From positions 448,001 to 512,000 of the forward strand of contig CBDBCZ010000018.1 of assembly GCA_965203295.1 (NCBI GenBank): a stretch of DNA of 64,000 nucleotides, in the 5' to 3' direction. Positions 40,288 through 64,000 of the stretch are shown here, in pieces. The first letter of the stretch is position 1. Every line of letters starts with the position of its first letter. A program made the translations under genes and the position numbers. Source of the DNA: Nitrospirales bacterium (GTDB taxonomy: Bacteria > Nitrospirota > Nitrospiria > Nitrospirales > UBA8639). Below the pieces are notes generated by a model, which saw only the letters and a list, made by a program, of their open reading frames with translations, was not told the origin of the DNA and did no database searches.

Positions 40288-41254
40288 ATGAAGGTCTTGG
40301 TCATTCTGGTGGTTCTGGGATTCCTGGCTGCATCTGTACATACCACGAGCGACGAGTGCAAAATTTGCGTGGACGCTTGTGCGGCGACCTGCTCAGGTCT
40401 CACTTGTCTGGTCTGCTCAACAATTTGTGCTGTGGAGTGCGCGAAAGTGGTAGGTTCGATATTCGCCGAAGCTAGTTGTGTGCGTATATGTATTATGCTT
40501 GCTTGCATGCAAACTTGTACGTCGTCCTATTAGTGGTAGCGGGAAGTTTGCCTTGCATAGGTTTTATAGCCGTGCGTATTATTTTCGCAAAAAAGCCGGT
40601 TAGCGGCTGCGGCGAAACCACGACGGCTTTTTTTTCTTCTTTTTTCTGGCGCCAGTTGAATGTCAAAAGAAAACGAGTAGTGAACAGTGAGTGAGAGAGC
40701 AAGGGAAAGCCAGAGGGAGGGAGGGTGAGAGACTCGGATCTGCCTATATTGCCGCGCCATCGAGAAACTACAGCAGCGCGCTGCTGATTGTGTGTAAAAG
40801 TGTGTACACTGACAATATGTGTAAATGGTGTAATTAAAGACCTTAATTAAAGACCTTCATCCATACCTATATTTACTAAACGTTAGCGCTCAAACAATAT
40901 TGTACTGATTCAACTGCTGTACGTACCGCACCACTACATGTAGAAGCCGGTGAATTTCTATACTGACTCTTCATTTTACTTGTATTTATAGAGAGCTACC
41001 ATGCAGATGGAGAATGGAGAGCTAATGGAATACCCTCATGATTTAAGTAAGTTCATTAGAGATGGCTTGAACAGAGTAATGTGTAACGATGAAATCAATG
41101 TGCTGCTGTGAGTGGCACTGAGTGCATAAAGACTCCTCATTTCTATTCAGGAATGGCTGAGCAGCTCTTGAATAATTATGGATATCGGCCAGAAGTCAAG
41201 TACATGCCACAGCGCTGGAGGAGGCAAATGCACCAGGTACAGAATGTTACCTAG
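40288..41254 (+). CDS. Secreted cysteine-rich peptide precursor, copy 2; exons 40288-40449, 40992-41046, 41151-41254 (106 aa)
   Basis: MKVLVILVVLGFLAASVHT-TSDECKICVDACAATCSGLTCLVCSTICAVECAKV|RATMQMENGELMEYPHDL|RMAEQLLNNYGYRPEVKYMPQRWRRQMHQVQNVT*. Same splice sites and phases as copy 1. Confidence 0.8.
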
Positions 41255-43484
41255 TAGCGGTGGTGTTCACTATGTACGTCTTCCAGTACTGCTGGCTGCC
41301 TGTACTGTGAATAGCTTAAAGTAGTGGGATACTAAAATGTAGTTTGACAAATTAATTGAGAACAACTCATTGCCTATAGCTACTACAAAGATACATGATT
41401 TTTACAGCACTAATTCTGAATTGCTTTGCATTCCCAAGAGTATGTACATGTATGTACCTCCAAAAACTTCTGAGAATTTGAAGCCCTAGCAAGTGTCTCA
41501 GGAAAAGAATTCCTAGCCAAATTTTGGCCACTGGGATGGTCAGGCAAGTGACTATCACAACCTATGAATAGTTTTGGTGTTTCAGGGACTAGCTGAAGCT
41601 TTTAAAGTTTCATGTAGCAATGTATGGAGAAACAAATGTATGTACTGTATTCAACACTAACATTCACAGTTGTTGAGTTTATAGGAGAATATTTTCAGCA
41701 TGCCACTATAGCTATGCCAAAAAGCTTCCCTCCCTAGTAAATGTTTGTAGGTTATGACAGCTACCCTACCAGACTGATCCTCGAGCCAAAACCTAGCTTG
41801 GAAATTTTGTGCCCTTAGGCACATGCTAGAATGTCAATATCTCAAAAGATTTATTAGGTACATATTATTGTAGAAATAGTGCTGTGAATAATCAGCAGCT
41901 TTGTTATAAATAGTGAAATATTATGCTTTAATTGAATTGCTTGAGGTCATCAAACTGTGTTCTGGGTATCCCACCACCTTTATCCAGTTGCCACAATAGC
42001 GCTTCAGCTGGTTTAATAACATGTACATTGCCATATATGGGTAAAGGGGTCCCGACCAGATATTGTTTGGATGACATGCTAACCAAACAGAGAGAATTTT
42101 ATTATGTGAAAGTGTCATCCTATGCAGCGATGAAGGAAACAAACGAGGATGGTTATGTGCAGAATATTATAAGCTGTGTTATTTTCCACAGTGAATCATC
42201 TGGTGATGGTGAAGTGCAATATGAAGACAGTTAGGACAAGCTGTAGTGAATTGGTTGTATTTGTCATGTTGTAGCTAGCTATACACACACACCTGTTTGT
42301 AGGACAATATAATACTGCTCTTCACTTAACAGAACTTTGAGATATACAATATTGTGTAACCACACAGGCTATGCTGTGTAACAGTGAAACAGTGTGCATG
42401 TGGATGTAATAGCGCTGCCCGTGCATGTGAATAATTATGTGTAAGTATCCCGTTCCCAGATCTATAGAGTATATCTGTGTCTATTCTCGTCAATTCTCAA
42501 GCCGAAGTGTACACATTCTGACTCATGGTCAAGGAAAAATGCATATCCATTGAGGATGGAACGTAGGTCAAGCTGTTGATTATGTAATAGGATTGGAGTG
42601 GCATAAACTGCAGGACATGTTTCATACCATATTCATAGCATTGCACAACTTGGCAAGTTCAAGGTAGAGAACTTTAAGTGCAAGAATTTATTTGAGTTAG
42701 CTTGTTCTTACAAAGGTTCACCACCAAAGCGGAAGTTGCTAGTATGACAGAGCAGTTAAGCCAAGTCGTTTGAATGCTTAGATTGCTCGTTTGAAACCCA
42801 CCACTTGCACTTAGCTCTTAGCCAATTAATTTTTCCATGATGCTGCCAAAGGTGGAAGTGGTCAACATGGGAGTTGGACTAATCAGCAGTAATTTTCACA
42901 CTCCTGCAGGTGCAATCTGTGCATCGTAATGGCTATTCATACACTCTGGTCTCAACATTGCTCTAGAGAGACTGATCAAGATGCCAAACAGACCGACCAC
43001 TCTCATTAATGGCTGAAAAACAATCAACAGGAAATGTTTGTAGATCATTTTTGGAGAAACGGGATGACGCTACAAGTTTCACTCAAGAAAATAAAGGAAG
43101 AGCTTATTGAGTATCTGTTGTATAAACTTGGGGTGTTTTATCAGTGAGCTTTGCACTATGTTTTGATTATTGTAGTGGTTGTTCATACCACTCACATTTT
43201 AGCTGTTTTATTTTGAACACTGCTATAATTACACAAGATCACTTACGGAGAACCGACTTATGCTACTCTCTATTACAATTTCATTATTAGAGTGTGCATA
43301 GCCAATGGTATTTCACTATTGTAGTAAGTAATATCAATAATTTATTGTACCCGGGTTATCATATAGACCATCGTATCACAAAGTTGTAAGTTTAAACATA
43401 CAAAAAAATGCAATTCAGTCATACAAAGTTTGCTTTTGGCACTCCAGTCTTTGGGATTAACTATTGGTGCGGATAATCTTACGG

Positions 43485-54878
<11,394 letters not shown>

Positions 54879-56172
54879 GTGGGTGAATAATGAGTGGTTT
54901 ACTGGAAATTTAGTGAAATAGTTCAGGCTCAAAGCTGTATTATGGCTTACTACAATGTCCACAAGGAACCAATGGTGCATTTGTACATGGAATATGCAAA
55001 TCTTGACTAAAAAGTAACACGGGCTATGTACATGTACGGTAACTTGCCTTTTGAAGCTCCTACCATGAATAAAAACAACCATTGTACATGCAAGCACACT
55101 GTGTATTGAACTAGAAGATCAACTCTACATAGAGATGATTGTGGTACTCTTGAGTAGAAACACTGGAGTTACTGATCATTTTCAAAATGGCGAATCTTTC
55201 TGTGTTGTACTGGAAATGTGGTGAATACAAATCACTTTGGTCACTATCACACATCAAGTGTAGATTACAATGTTACTGTCGTGTTTAGCAATCACTTAAC
55301 TCATTGCACGCTGTACGCCACTTAAGTGGATCTTACGTAATCCTTCCGCTACGCCACTATAGTGGCTTTATAGAAACGACAAGTTAACTGTACGGCCGGG
55401 AGGGGCACCCCTTCCTTTATTAGCTATAAAAGTGAGTAGAGTGATTACTAACAATGATGTAAGTGTGCCGAAAGTCGATCTAATCTGTAATAGAACGGAT
55501 ACATACGGCAAATATACAACCGATCAAGGCGACTAGCTATGGCTACCTACACTGCTGCGCAGTTAGTTGGGCTCTATAGTCAACTTCACTGGCAGATACG
55601 ATGGTAACTGGTCCAGGGGAGAGTTGGGAGTTTCAGTAGGACCATCGTTCTTTTGCCGCCTGAGCATGAAGACAACACTTTCGTATCGAACTTACCCTGT
55701 ATCCGGTTATCGATCCTGAAGCCCTTCTGGGATCCAATCCGCTGCCCTTTTTGCCTTCAATGGCTGTACCTGATAGTCTTCTAACAATTACAACGTGGAA
55801 TTTGCGGGAAACTTGAGTTGTTAAGCATAAAAATTGAACTAAAACTTTTAGTACGCCCTTGTTGTAGAAATTATAGCGTGGAGCATCATGCGCGTGACGT
55901 AATTACGGCATTCAATGAGTTAACAAATAGTGTGATAGCTTAATTTTTGACTAGACAGATAACAGACAACTGAAAGACAAATCTAATCGCCTAACCCCAC
56001 TCCATATGTGTGGGGTAATAACAATTTAGCATTTGCAGTAACAAGCTCAAAAATTCCTTCTTGACGCTCACCATTCAAAGTGCTACGGCTCAGATCCTTA
56101 ACTGCTAATTTAATTAACTCACTACACGCTACAATAATGTCACACGAACAGGACAACAGTCAACCAGCGTGA

Positions 56173-56257
56173 TAGCCTCGTACTCACGCCTTCCCCGCAC
56201 TCACGAAAATTTGTTTTCCCCTTTTGCGAGTGCGGGGAAGGCCTGGGTATGAGGCTA
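56173..56257. mobile_element. Short palindromic TAGCCTCG...GAGGCTA element (Academ-like termini); partial relatives at ~48667-48740, ~57085-57106 and ~62738-62800
   Basis: tagcctcgtactcacgccttccccgcactcacgaaa ... ttttgcgagtgcggggaaggcctgggtatgaggcta, a near-complete fold-back. Confidence 0.75.
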
Positions 56258-57764
56258 CGTACCTGCAAAGCTCTGTATGTAAAAGCTCTATACCATTTAC
56301 TACTCTAAGTCCTGCCTAGTGCAACTTGGCTTCTGTGCTGACTCAGCTACATAACTGCATATTTCCAAAACCACAGTGCAATATCTGGATTCTTCACTAA
56401 CCACAGTGCTATACCTGCCTCATTTCAGTGAGGGTGCTTGCCGCTGGTTTATTCGCCCCACTAAACTTAGCAATCACCTATAATATAGCAACGGCAAATA
56501 AGCCCAACTACAACCCCTATTCCAGCAACAGTGTTTTGCACTAACAACTGATAGTGTGCCCATGAATGAGTTGCCCGTCTCACGTACACTGACCACCTTC
56601 ATGTTTGCTCACTGAAGTTTTAGACTCACTTTGGTCCAGGCAATGTAGTCATAATATTGGGAATACACGGCTCCACATCCAGCCTGCTGAAGAGGCAACG
56701 AATCGAAGCTTGGGATTTTGCAAACCTGGAGAGGGATACAACACTAACTATTACACAATGCCATTTGGAAAACACATAACATTGTAACAGCCCTGCGCAC
56801 GATATGAGCAATCTTCAGTCACGTATTCCGACTGTACCAAAATTTATATAAATCAATTACTAAAATTAATTATTAATGAAATAAGGCATGTGTGTGAAAG
56901 TGGCCAATTACTAGTTCTTGATTATTCCCTGTGTTAATGAGACCGAATTTATAAACACCTGGAACCCGAGACTAAGTGTACGAGCTGAAGCTTTTAGCCT
57001 TTTGTGGGTCGGTGAATGAAACAGATAGCGCTCTAAAGGAAGTAATGGTTTTGTATGCCAGGCCCTGTGACGGCTTCAAGAAGAAGCGGGTCTGGGAATG
57101 AGGCTACCACACCAATTCCATCCTAGCTCTCCATTTGATCCCCGGATTGGCCTGGGTATAAATCCCATTCTCTCCCAGCTGCCCATCTCATTCTCGAGAC
57201 CTGTTGGGATAGCATTGGGCTAGCAATGTTGGATGCCATTCCCAAAATCTAAAATAGGCAGTGGCTCATAAGTACTTAATTAGGTTAGGCTGTTAGAGTC
57301 ACAAGTTACACAGTCCACTTCCATTCACCTATTGCACTGGACAGCCATTAACCAACTTGCAAACCTGTATGGACTACAATGTAGGTGCATCGGCTATTAT
57401 GCCCCCCCCCCCCCCTCCCAGTTGAAAAGGGAATGCAAACCATGCGTTACAGAATGAAAAGCTCTAATTTCAACAATGGACAACTGTGTGTGACTCCAAT
57501 AGACAATGTTGTTTGAGAAAGAGCCCTATCTGACTCCTACATGTATAGCTAGGTATAAACACTATGTACACAACAGCTGTTACTTGAACTGCAAACGCAC
57601 AGCTGCACTATCGTTTATAAACACAATTGTAACAACTGGGTTTTGTATGGTTTCATGTATGGAAATGAACAAAGGTACAAAGGTGAACACCCTTTTGTGT
57701 AACTGCCTAGCCTAATATCTCGTGAACATCCACAACCCTACACTCATGCAAGACCTAGTAGTTA

Positions 57765-59875
57765 CAATCAACCAAAGAGCCTAGTGAAACGTGATAGCTA
57801 CAGAGTTGAAACCATAAGCAAAGCCACATAACTGGAGGATCAAAGCAGGATGTTTTCACCCACCATAGTGTATTCCATCGTTTATTGCACTACTACGTTT
57901 TGCAATATATAACCAAAAAGTGCAAAAACAAGTGATGTAGGGATGTACTTCCACCAAAAAACACTTCCCCAAAAACCAATGAAACAAGCGACAGTGCACA
58001 CCACAATGCATGCACAGACTACCCACACATCACAGTGCAATGCATTTACCGCGTAGCTACCATCCCTACATCTTTCCAACCAAAGATGTAGGGATGGTAG
58101 CTACGCGGTAAATGCATTGCACTGTGATGTGTGGGTAGTCTGTGCATGCATTGTGGTGTGCACTGTCGCTTGTTTCATTGGTTTTTGGGGAAGTGTTTTT
58201 TGGTGGAAGTACATCCCTACATCACTTGTTTTTGCACTTTTTGGCAAAGTGCTTTTTCTCTAACTTGTTTGGGGTGTTTTTTTGGGAGGTGGTAATAAAT
58301 GTGTAGATGCAAATGTGCATGGTCCAAGGATGGTGTTGGGATGGAATGTGTTTGAGGATGATGCAGGTAGAATAGGTTTTGATTTGTACCCCAGTCAGCA
58401 CCAGAAAGGCCTTCGTCTGCATGTACATGAGGGGAAAGGTGTCCTCGTCAGGGTTAGCTATGTAACTGGCATGTGAGGTTACCCTTTTTTTGTCAAGGTC
58501 GGCTCTACAGCTAGCACGTGAAGCTGCCCTAGCATTTATTATGGAGTAGCTAGTACCGTACTCTAATTATCTCTGAGGATAAACTTTAAAATATGTACTG
58601 CATTTTCGGATCAACTATAGTAGATGGACCGCGAAAAATTACGGTCTGCGAAGAATTACATAGCCTAACCCTGGCCCTAACCCTACCCTAATTCTCGCGC
58701 TAATACAAATTTTTGTGGTTTGTCAGCTATAGTTGACCCGCATTTTCTAGTGTCACAAAGATGAATAGCTGACTGCCCCCTACAATAGAGTAAGTGAGGG
58801 GGCATCCGGAGAGTAGGGGTTGTCCGGATGCGATAAACTTCATTTCCCAAGGCTTTTCTGCCAGTGCTAGTTTTCATAGCAAGAGAACAAAAGTAGTTAT
58901 GATACATAGCAAAGGCAAACAGAAAGGCTCAGAGAACGAGGCAAATTTGTTGCGTGTCATGCCATTCATAAACTGGCTAACCAACATCTAATTAGCCTTG
59001 TGAGTAGGTGTATTCTAGCTAAAATTTCCTGTGACTTACGCTCAGGAGATGCAGCTCAGGCCCAGACAGCTGGCACAATCAAAGGTAGGCGTTAAATAGA
59101 CAAACACGTGAAGTCTGGGCGGTAACTAAAACCCGGAACGGAACAGAACAGTAGTCATTAAATGGCGTGGAACAGCAAGTGTCCACTCAAGAGTACTTGG
59201 AAATCACTGCTGAACCCATTCGATTTTTTGAATAAGCTATGCTGCGAGTGCAATACCCCAGGGAATTTAAAGGTTGGTCGCGCTTGAATCATTGTGATCG
59301 CTTCAGCCATTATCGCGCTAGCCTGGCTGAAGAAGAAGAAAGAATTGTACGATTATGCCCCGCCCCCCCAGTGTGTCGACTTGCCTGTATGGTACTCCAG
59401 CGAAGGTTTCTAGCAACGCCAACAGTCCTGTTGCTGATGAAAACACTCGAGATGTCATGATATGGCTCATAAAAGCCTATGACTATAATCAGAGCCGAGT
59501 TCTGAACGTATAATTTTGTACGCGTTATATGGGGCCACCATTTTTTTCCGTGCCATCCCTACATATGGAGTACTACCGTACTCCATGATACTGCACAAAA
59601 TGTGTGTGTGTGTGTGTGTGTATGTGTGTGTGTGTGTGTGTGTGAGTGTGTGTGTGTGGGGGGGGGGGGGGGGGTGCAGGGGAGTAGGGGGGTGTTTGCT
59701 TCAAATTCTTCCCCCCTCCCTCCAACAATGAGCCCCTGTGTGTAGTCACAATAAACCAAAGAGCCTAGTGAAAGGTGATAGCTACAGAGTTGAAACCACA
59801 AGAAAAGCCACATAACTGGAGCAGGATGTTTGCACCTACCATAGTCTATTCCATCGTTTAGTGCACTACTACGCC
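57765..59875. repeat. Pair of diverged ~130-bp direct repeats (~57765-57897 and ~59748-59873)
   Basis: acaat.aaccaaagagcctagtgaaa.gtgatagctacagagttgaaacca...gcactactacg occurs at both sites. Confidence 0.8.
57913..58244. repeat. Perfect inverted repeat: 163-bp arms (57913-58075, 58082-58244) with a 6-nt loop
   Basis: ccaaaaagtgcaaaaacaagtgatgtagggatg...catccctacatcttt - ccaacc - aaagatgtagggatg...cacttgtttttgcactttttgg. Confidence 0.95.
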
Positions 59876-60569
59876 TTACAACATATAATACTGCACCAAA
59901 TCAAATTTGGTGAGATTTTGGGGTGTGTGTGTGTGTGTGTGTGGGGGGGGGGGGGGAGGGGGAAGTTTGCTTTAAATTCTTCCCCCCCCCCTCCCTCCAA
60001 AAATGAGCCCCTGTGTCTAGGGGTCTGGGTTTCATGTTCCTAGAAATTTTCACTACATGTACCTAAGGCAGTCTATTAGGCCACTAATTTAGGTACCAAA
60101 CCCACCTTACTAAACATGGGGCATGAGACTACCTCTGTGTCAGAGTGGAGCTGTTAAGTTACCTTGTACCAGCTTATCACAAACTCCACAGTTGATAAGG
60201 ATAAATCTCAACTATGCTTGGTCATTGCATACACCGTACTTCCAATTTCATTCCAATTCATCATACTAATCAATCGTATACATTCCAAACGTCACTGTAA
60301 CACAGCAGAAGGGGTAAAGCTGTAATCTGATTGGATCTTGGAGATTCTAAAGCGGAAATGCTGTCCTGTGACAAGGAATGTTATTCTGAACACCAGAACC
60401 TCCTTCGGTCTGGGCAAGAGACTACTCTGTGACAGAGTGGAACTACTGCAGTCACATGACCACGCACTAAAATAGTCTCATGCAGAAAATATACACATGA
60501 CATTGTGAATTCAAATGTGTGCGTGTATTGTACACGATGTGTAACCAACTGGCATATCATTACAAGCCC

Positions 60570-60661
60570 AGAGGAGGTTGGACACGATCATGTGATGCAA
60601 CGTGGAATGTAATTAAGCGTACCAAAGGGCACGTGACTGGAATGCGTGTCCAACCTCCTCT
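60570..60661. mobile_element. 92-bp miniature element with perfect 17-bp TIRs
   Basis: agaggaggttggacacg / cgtgtccaacctcctct; no clear TSD. Confidence 0.6.
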
Positions 60662-61579
60662 TATACAAGTGGGTTTAATAGTTTCTGTGTAGGCAGCACA
60701 CAACTCAACATCATTTCACACATCCCACGCCATTTCCTACTCATAGCTCGCATACATAGTTGGACACTCCTCAACAACAATCCACCGATAATAGCATATT
60801 AAATACAGCCTACAATCTGTAGCTCTTACCCGAAAATCCAAATACAGCAAACAGCTGCGCTGCAAAGTATGGCGTTCAACTTTCCCATCTTCTGTAAATT
60901 TCGCTCTGTGGCGGCGATCTTCGCTCAAAATGACAGCCAGGCGACTACAAAGAGCCAGAACTCGTATATAGTGCGAGCAAACAGCAGCACTCACCACCTG
61001 TTGCGCGTCTGTGTTGTGATAGCGGCTTCCCAGATGTGGCTGCACGAAGCCGCATTGTTACAATCCGTGGGTAGAGCGGAGTATATCACGTGAACTATAC
61101 CCAGCCGAGCGGTGGGGCTGAGAGGTGGGGCTGACTACGCGAGTGCAGTCAAGATAGTGGTAATGTCTTTTTCTACATGCAATAAAGAAATTGTCTATAG
61201 CTTTCATTTTGAATCTTGTAATTATATATTTGCCGCACAATTGTATACAACGAATGAATGGAAAAATAATCAGAGCGTAAGCGTGTAATGTACAGTACAT
61301 GTAGTTTGCATGCCCACACTTGAAGCCGTTGATAAGTTGACACTGATCATGTTCAGTGGTTAAACAAGATAACAATTTTATAAGTGTTCTCAAGTTACAA
61401 CCATTTCCAACATCACTGTACTAGGCTTCAATGCTGCAGGTAATAGAATTAACGTGTAGAGATTCTTGGTGTGGTTGCTTGGAGTTTGGTTTTATTTCTT
61501 ATATACTCAAGTAACAGGCTCACAGTACACTTTTAGCTATACACCTAAAGTTACAGGTAGCTGATTGAGTAGAAATACT

Positions 61580-62613
<1,034 letters not shown>

Positions 62614-62899
62614 CTGTGTGTGAGAGAGTGTTCATGTGTTTCAGTAGTGGTGAGTGAAGAGCAGGAGAATATAAATCATGGTAGTAAAAGACTGACACAA
62701 GTAGAAATCTCAACCACATAGGGGCAAACATGGCACCAGCAGGCTTCCCCGCTCTTGTGAAAATTTTTGCGAGTGCGGGGAAGGCCTGGGTACGAGGCTA
62801 GCTCAAACACAGAGCAGTCAATATCTGTCATGGTTATCAACAATAAACAAGTAAGGCTGCCTCTATGCACAGTACATATTCACAGAATTCTCTTGCAAT

Positions 62900-63632
62900 C
62901 AATACTTTAACGTCAGTTCTGTGCGTCTGTGTGTGTGTGTGTGTGTTTAACGGATGTGACGTCTACTAATGAACCTGGATTGCACGTGCGAGAAGACTGT
63001 GATGTCATCGTATGATGCGAGTACTTAGTACTTTGACCTCTGCATGCATTGGGACGACTTCGACCGCTGCGTGCATTGTTAATCATGATGGCCTCAAATG
63101 AGCACTTCGAGCGCACTATATCGCGGAAAGGTTAGTAGCTGTATAGCCTGTAAGTGCAAACCATGCCCAGTTGTAACTGCTGCGCTAGGCAAACTACGAC
63201 AATGTGCATTAAATAGAGTCAGTGCCGTTCGTCTGTACATGTAAGGCTGTGGCTAGGCTTTGGTCTTAGCTTTCCTGTTCAGCTTTTCAGTTTTTTGCAG
63301 TCTCTCCTTCTGCAGGTGTTCACAGTTTTTTCTTTGAGTTACTGCCTCCCCATGGCTCAGGCAGGCATCTGTCAGCTACACTATTTATAGTCTATACTGC
63401 CACTGGCATACAAAGTGCTTGGGCTACTAAAAGAACGTGGTGTGCACACATACTATACACTTTCTCCCCACCGCAACAGAGTAATTTTTCAACGCAAAGT
63501 TGAGGCCTGAATGTGGAGCTGCCTCCACGTGGCTCAATCGGCAACAAAACACATATTTCTTTTTATCTGTATAGAGCGAGCGAGTTCAACACGCCCAAGT
63601 AGTTGTGCGAGCGAAGCGAGCACAACTACTTG
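62900..63632 (+). mobile_element. Probable non-autonomous Helentron (HINE-like), same family as 27552-28345
   Basis: Shared sequence blocks; 3' hairpin agttgtgcgagcgaagcgagcacaact. Confidence 0.6.
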
Positions 63633-64000
63633 TACTTATTACTGATAAAAGCACTCAAGAAGGTTCGAAAAGGCTCATTAATGCTTATGACTAGCTACAT
63701 CCAAACTTGAGTGTTGCATGTATCCATGATTTGATACACAATGTTTTCCCCATGTCATCCTAACACACACGCTCCAAGAACCAAATTACGAGAAGCTATA
63801 ACAGCTAGTCATGTCCTCGGTCTGGTGACATTCCATATCCGCATTAAACTACACACTCCTTGCCAAACGTTTCTCACTAGGAAATGGTATAACGAATTGT
63901 AAAAATGTCGTATTTATGCAGGAGTACTTATCCGTTAAAATTAATCGGCTGAACACATAGTGGACGAAGCAATTTGGAAGACAGTTATTCACTGTGGACT

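Overview
Eukaryotic, intron-containing, repeat-rich animal DNA. The short GT-AG introns, transposon families and protein domain types suggest a sponge (demosponge-like); this is inference, not a database result. From left to right: (1) decayed DNA transposons (AcademX-like 1-3.6 kb; intron-bearing CACTA/EnSpm transposase 4.5-6.2 kb); (2) a PGAM5-like pseudogene with a piggyBac-type MITE in its intron; (3) a complex satellite (11.7-24.3 kb, 34.3-36.3 kb) whose ~160-200 bp monomer is an internal hairpin and forms 3-mer/6-mer higher-order repeats, invaded by nested elements; (4) a tandem duplication (~21.4-34.2 kb / 34.2-42.6 kb), each unit carrying a 3-exon gene for a secreted 8-Cys peptide precursor with a hypervariable core and an RxRR-Q site; (5) a phase-consistent 16-coding-exon minus-strand gene (599 aa: signal-like N-terminus, CUB domain, three polybasic sites, two Cys-containing beta-sandwich repeats) plus the 3' end of a shorter paralogue; (6) a perfect 163-bp-arm palindrome. 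Most ORFs in the supplied track are noise from satellites, microsatellites or antisense frames. The best novelty candidate is the cluster of four secreted, apparently convertase-processed precursors.
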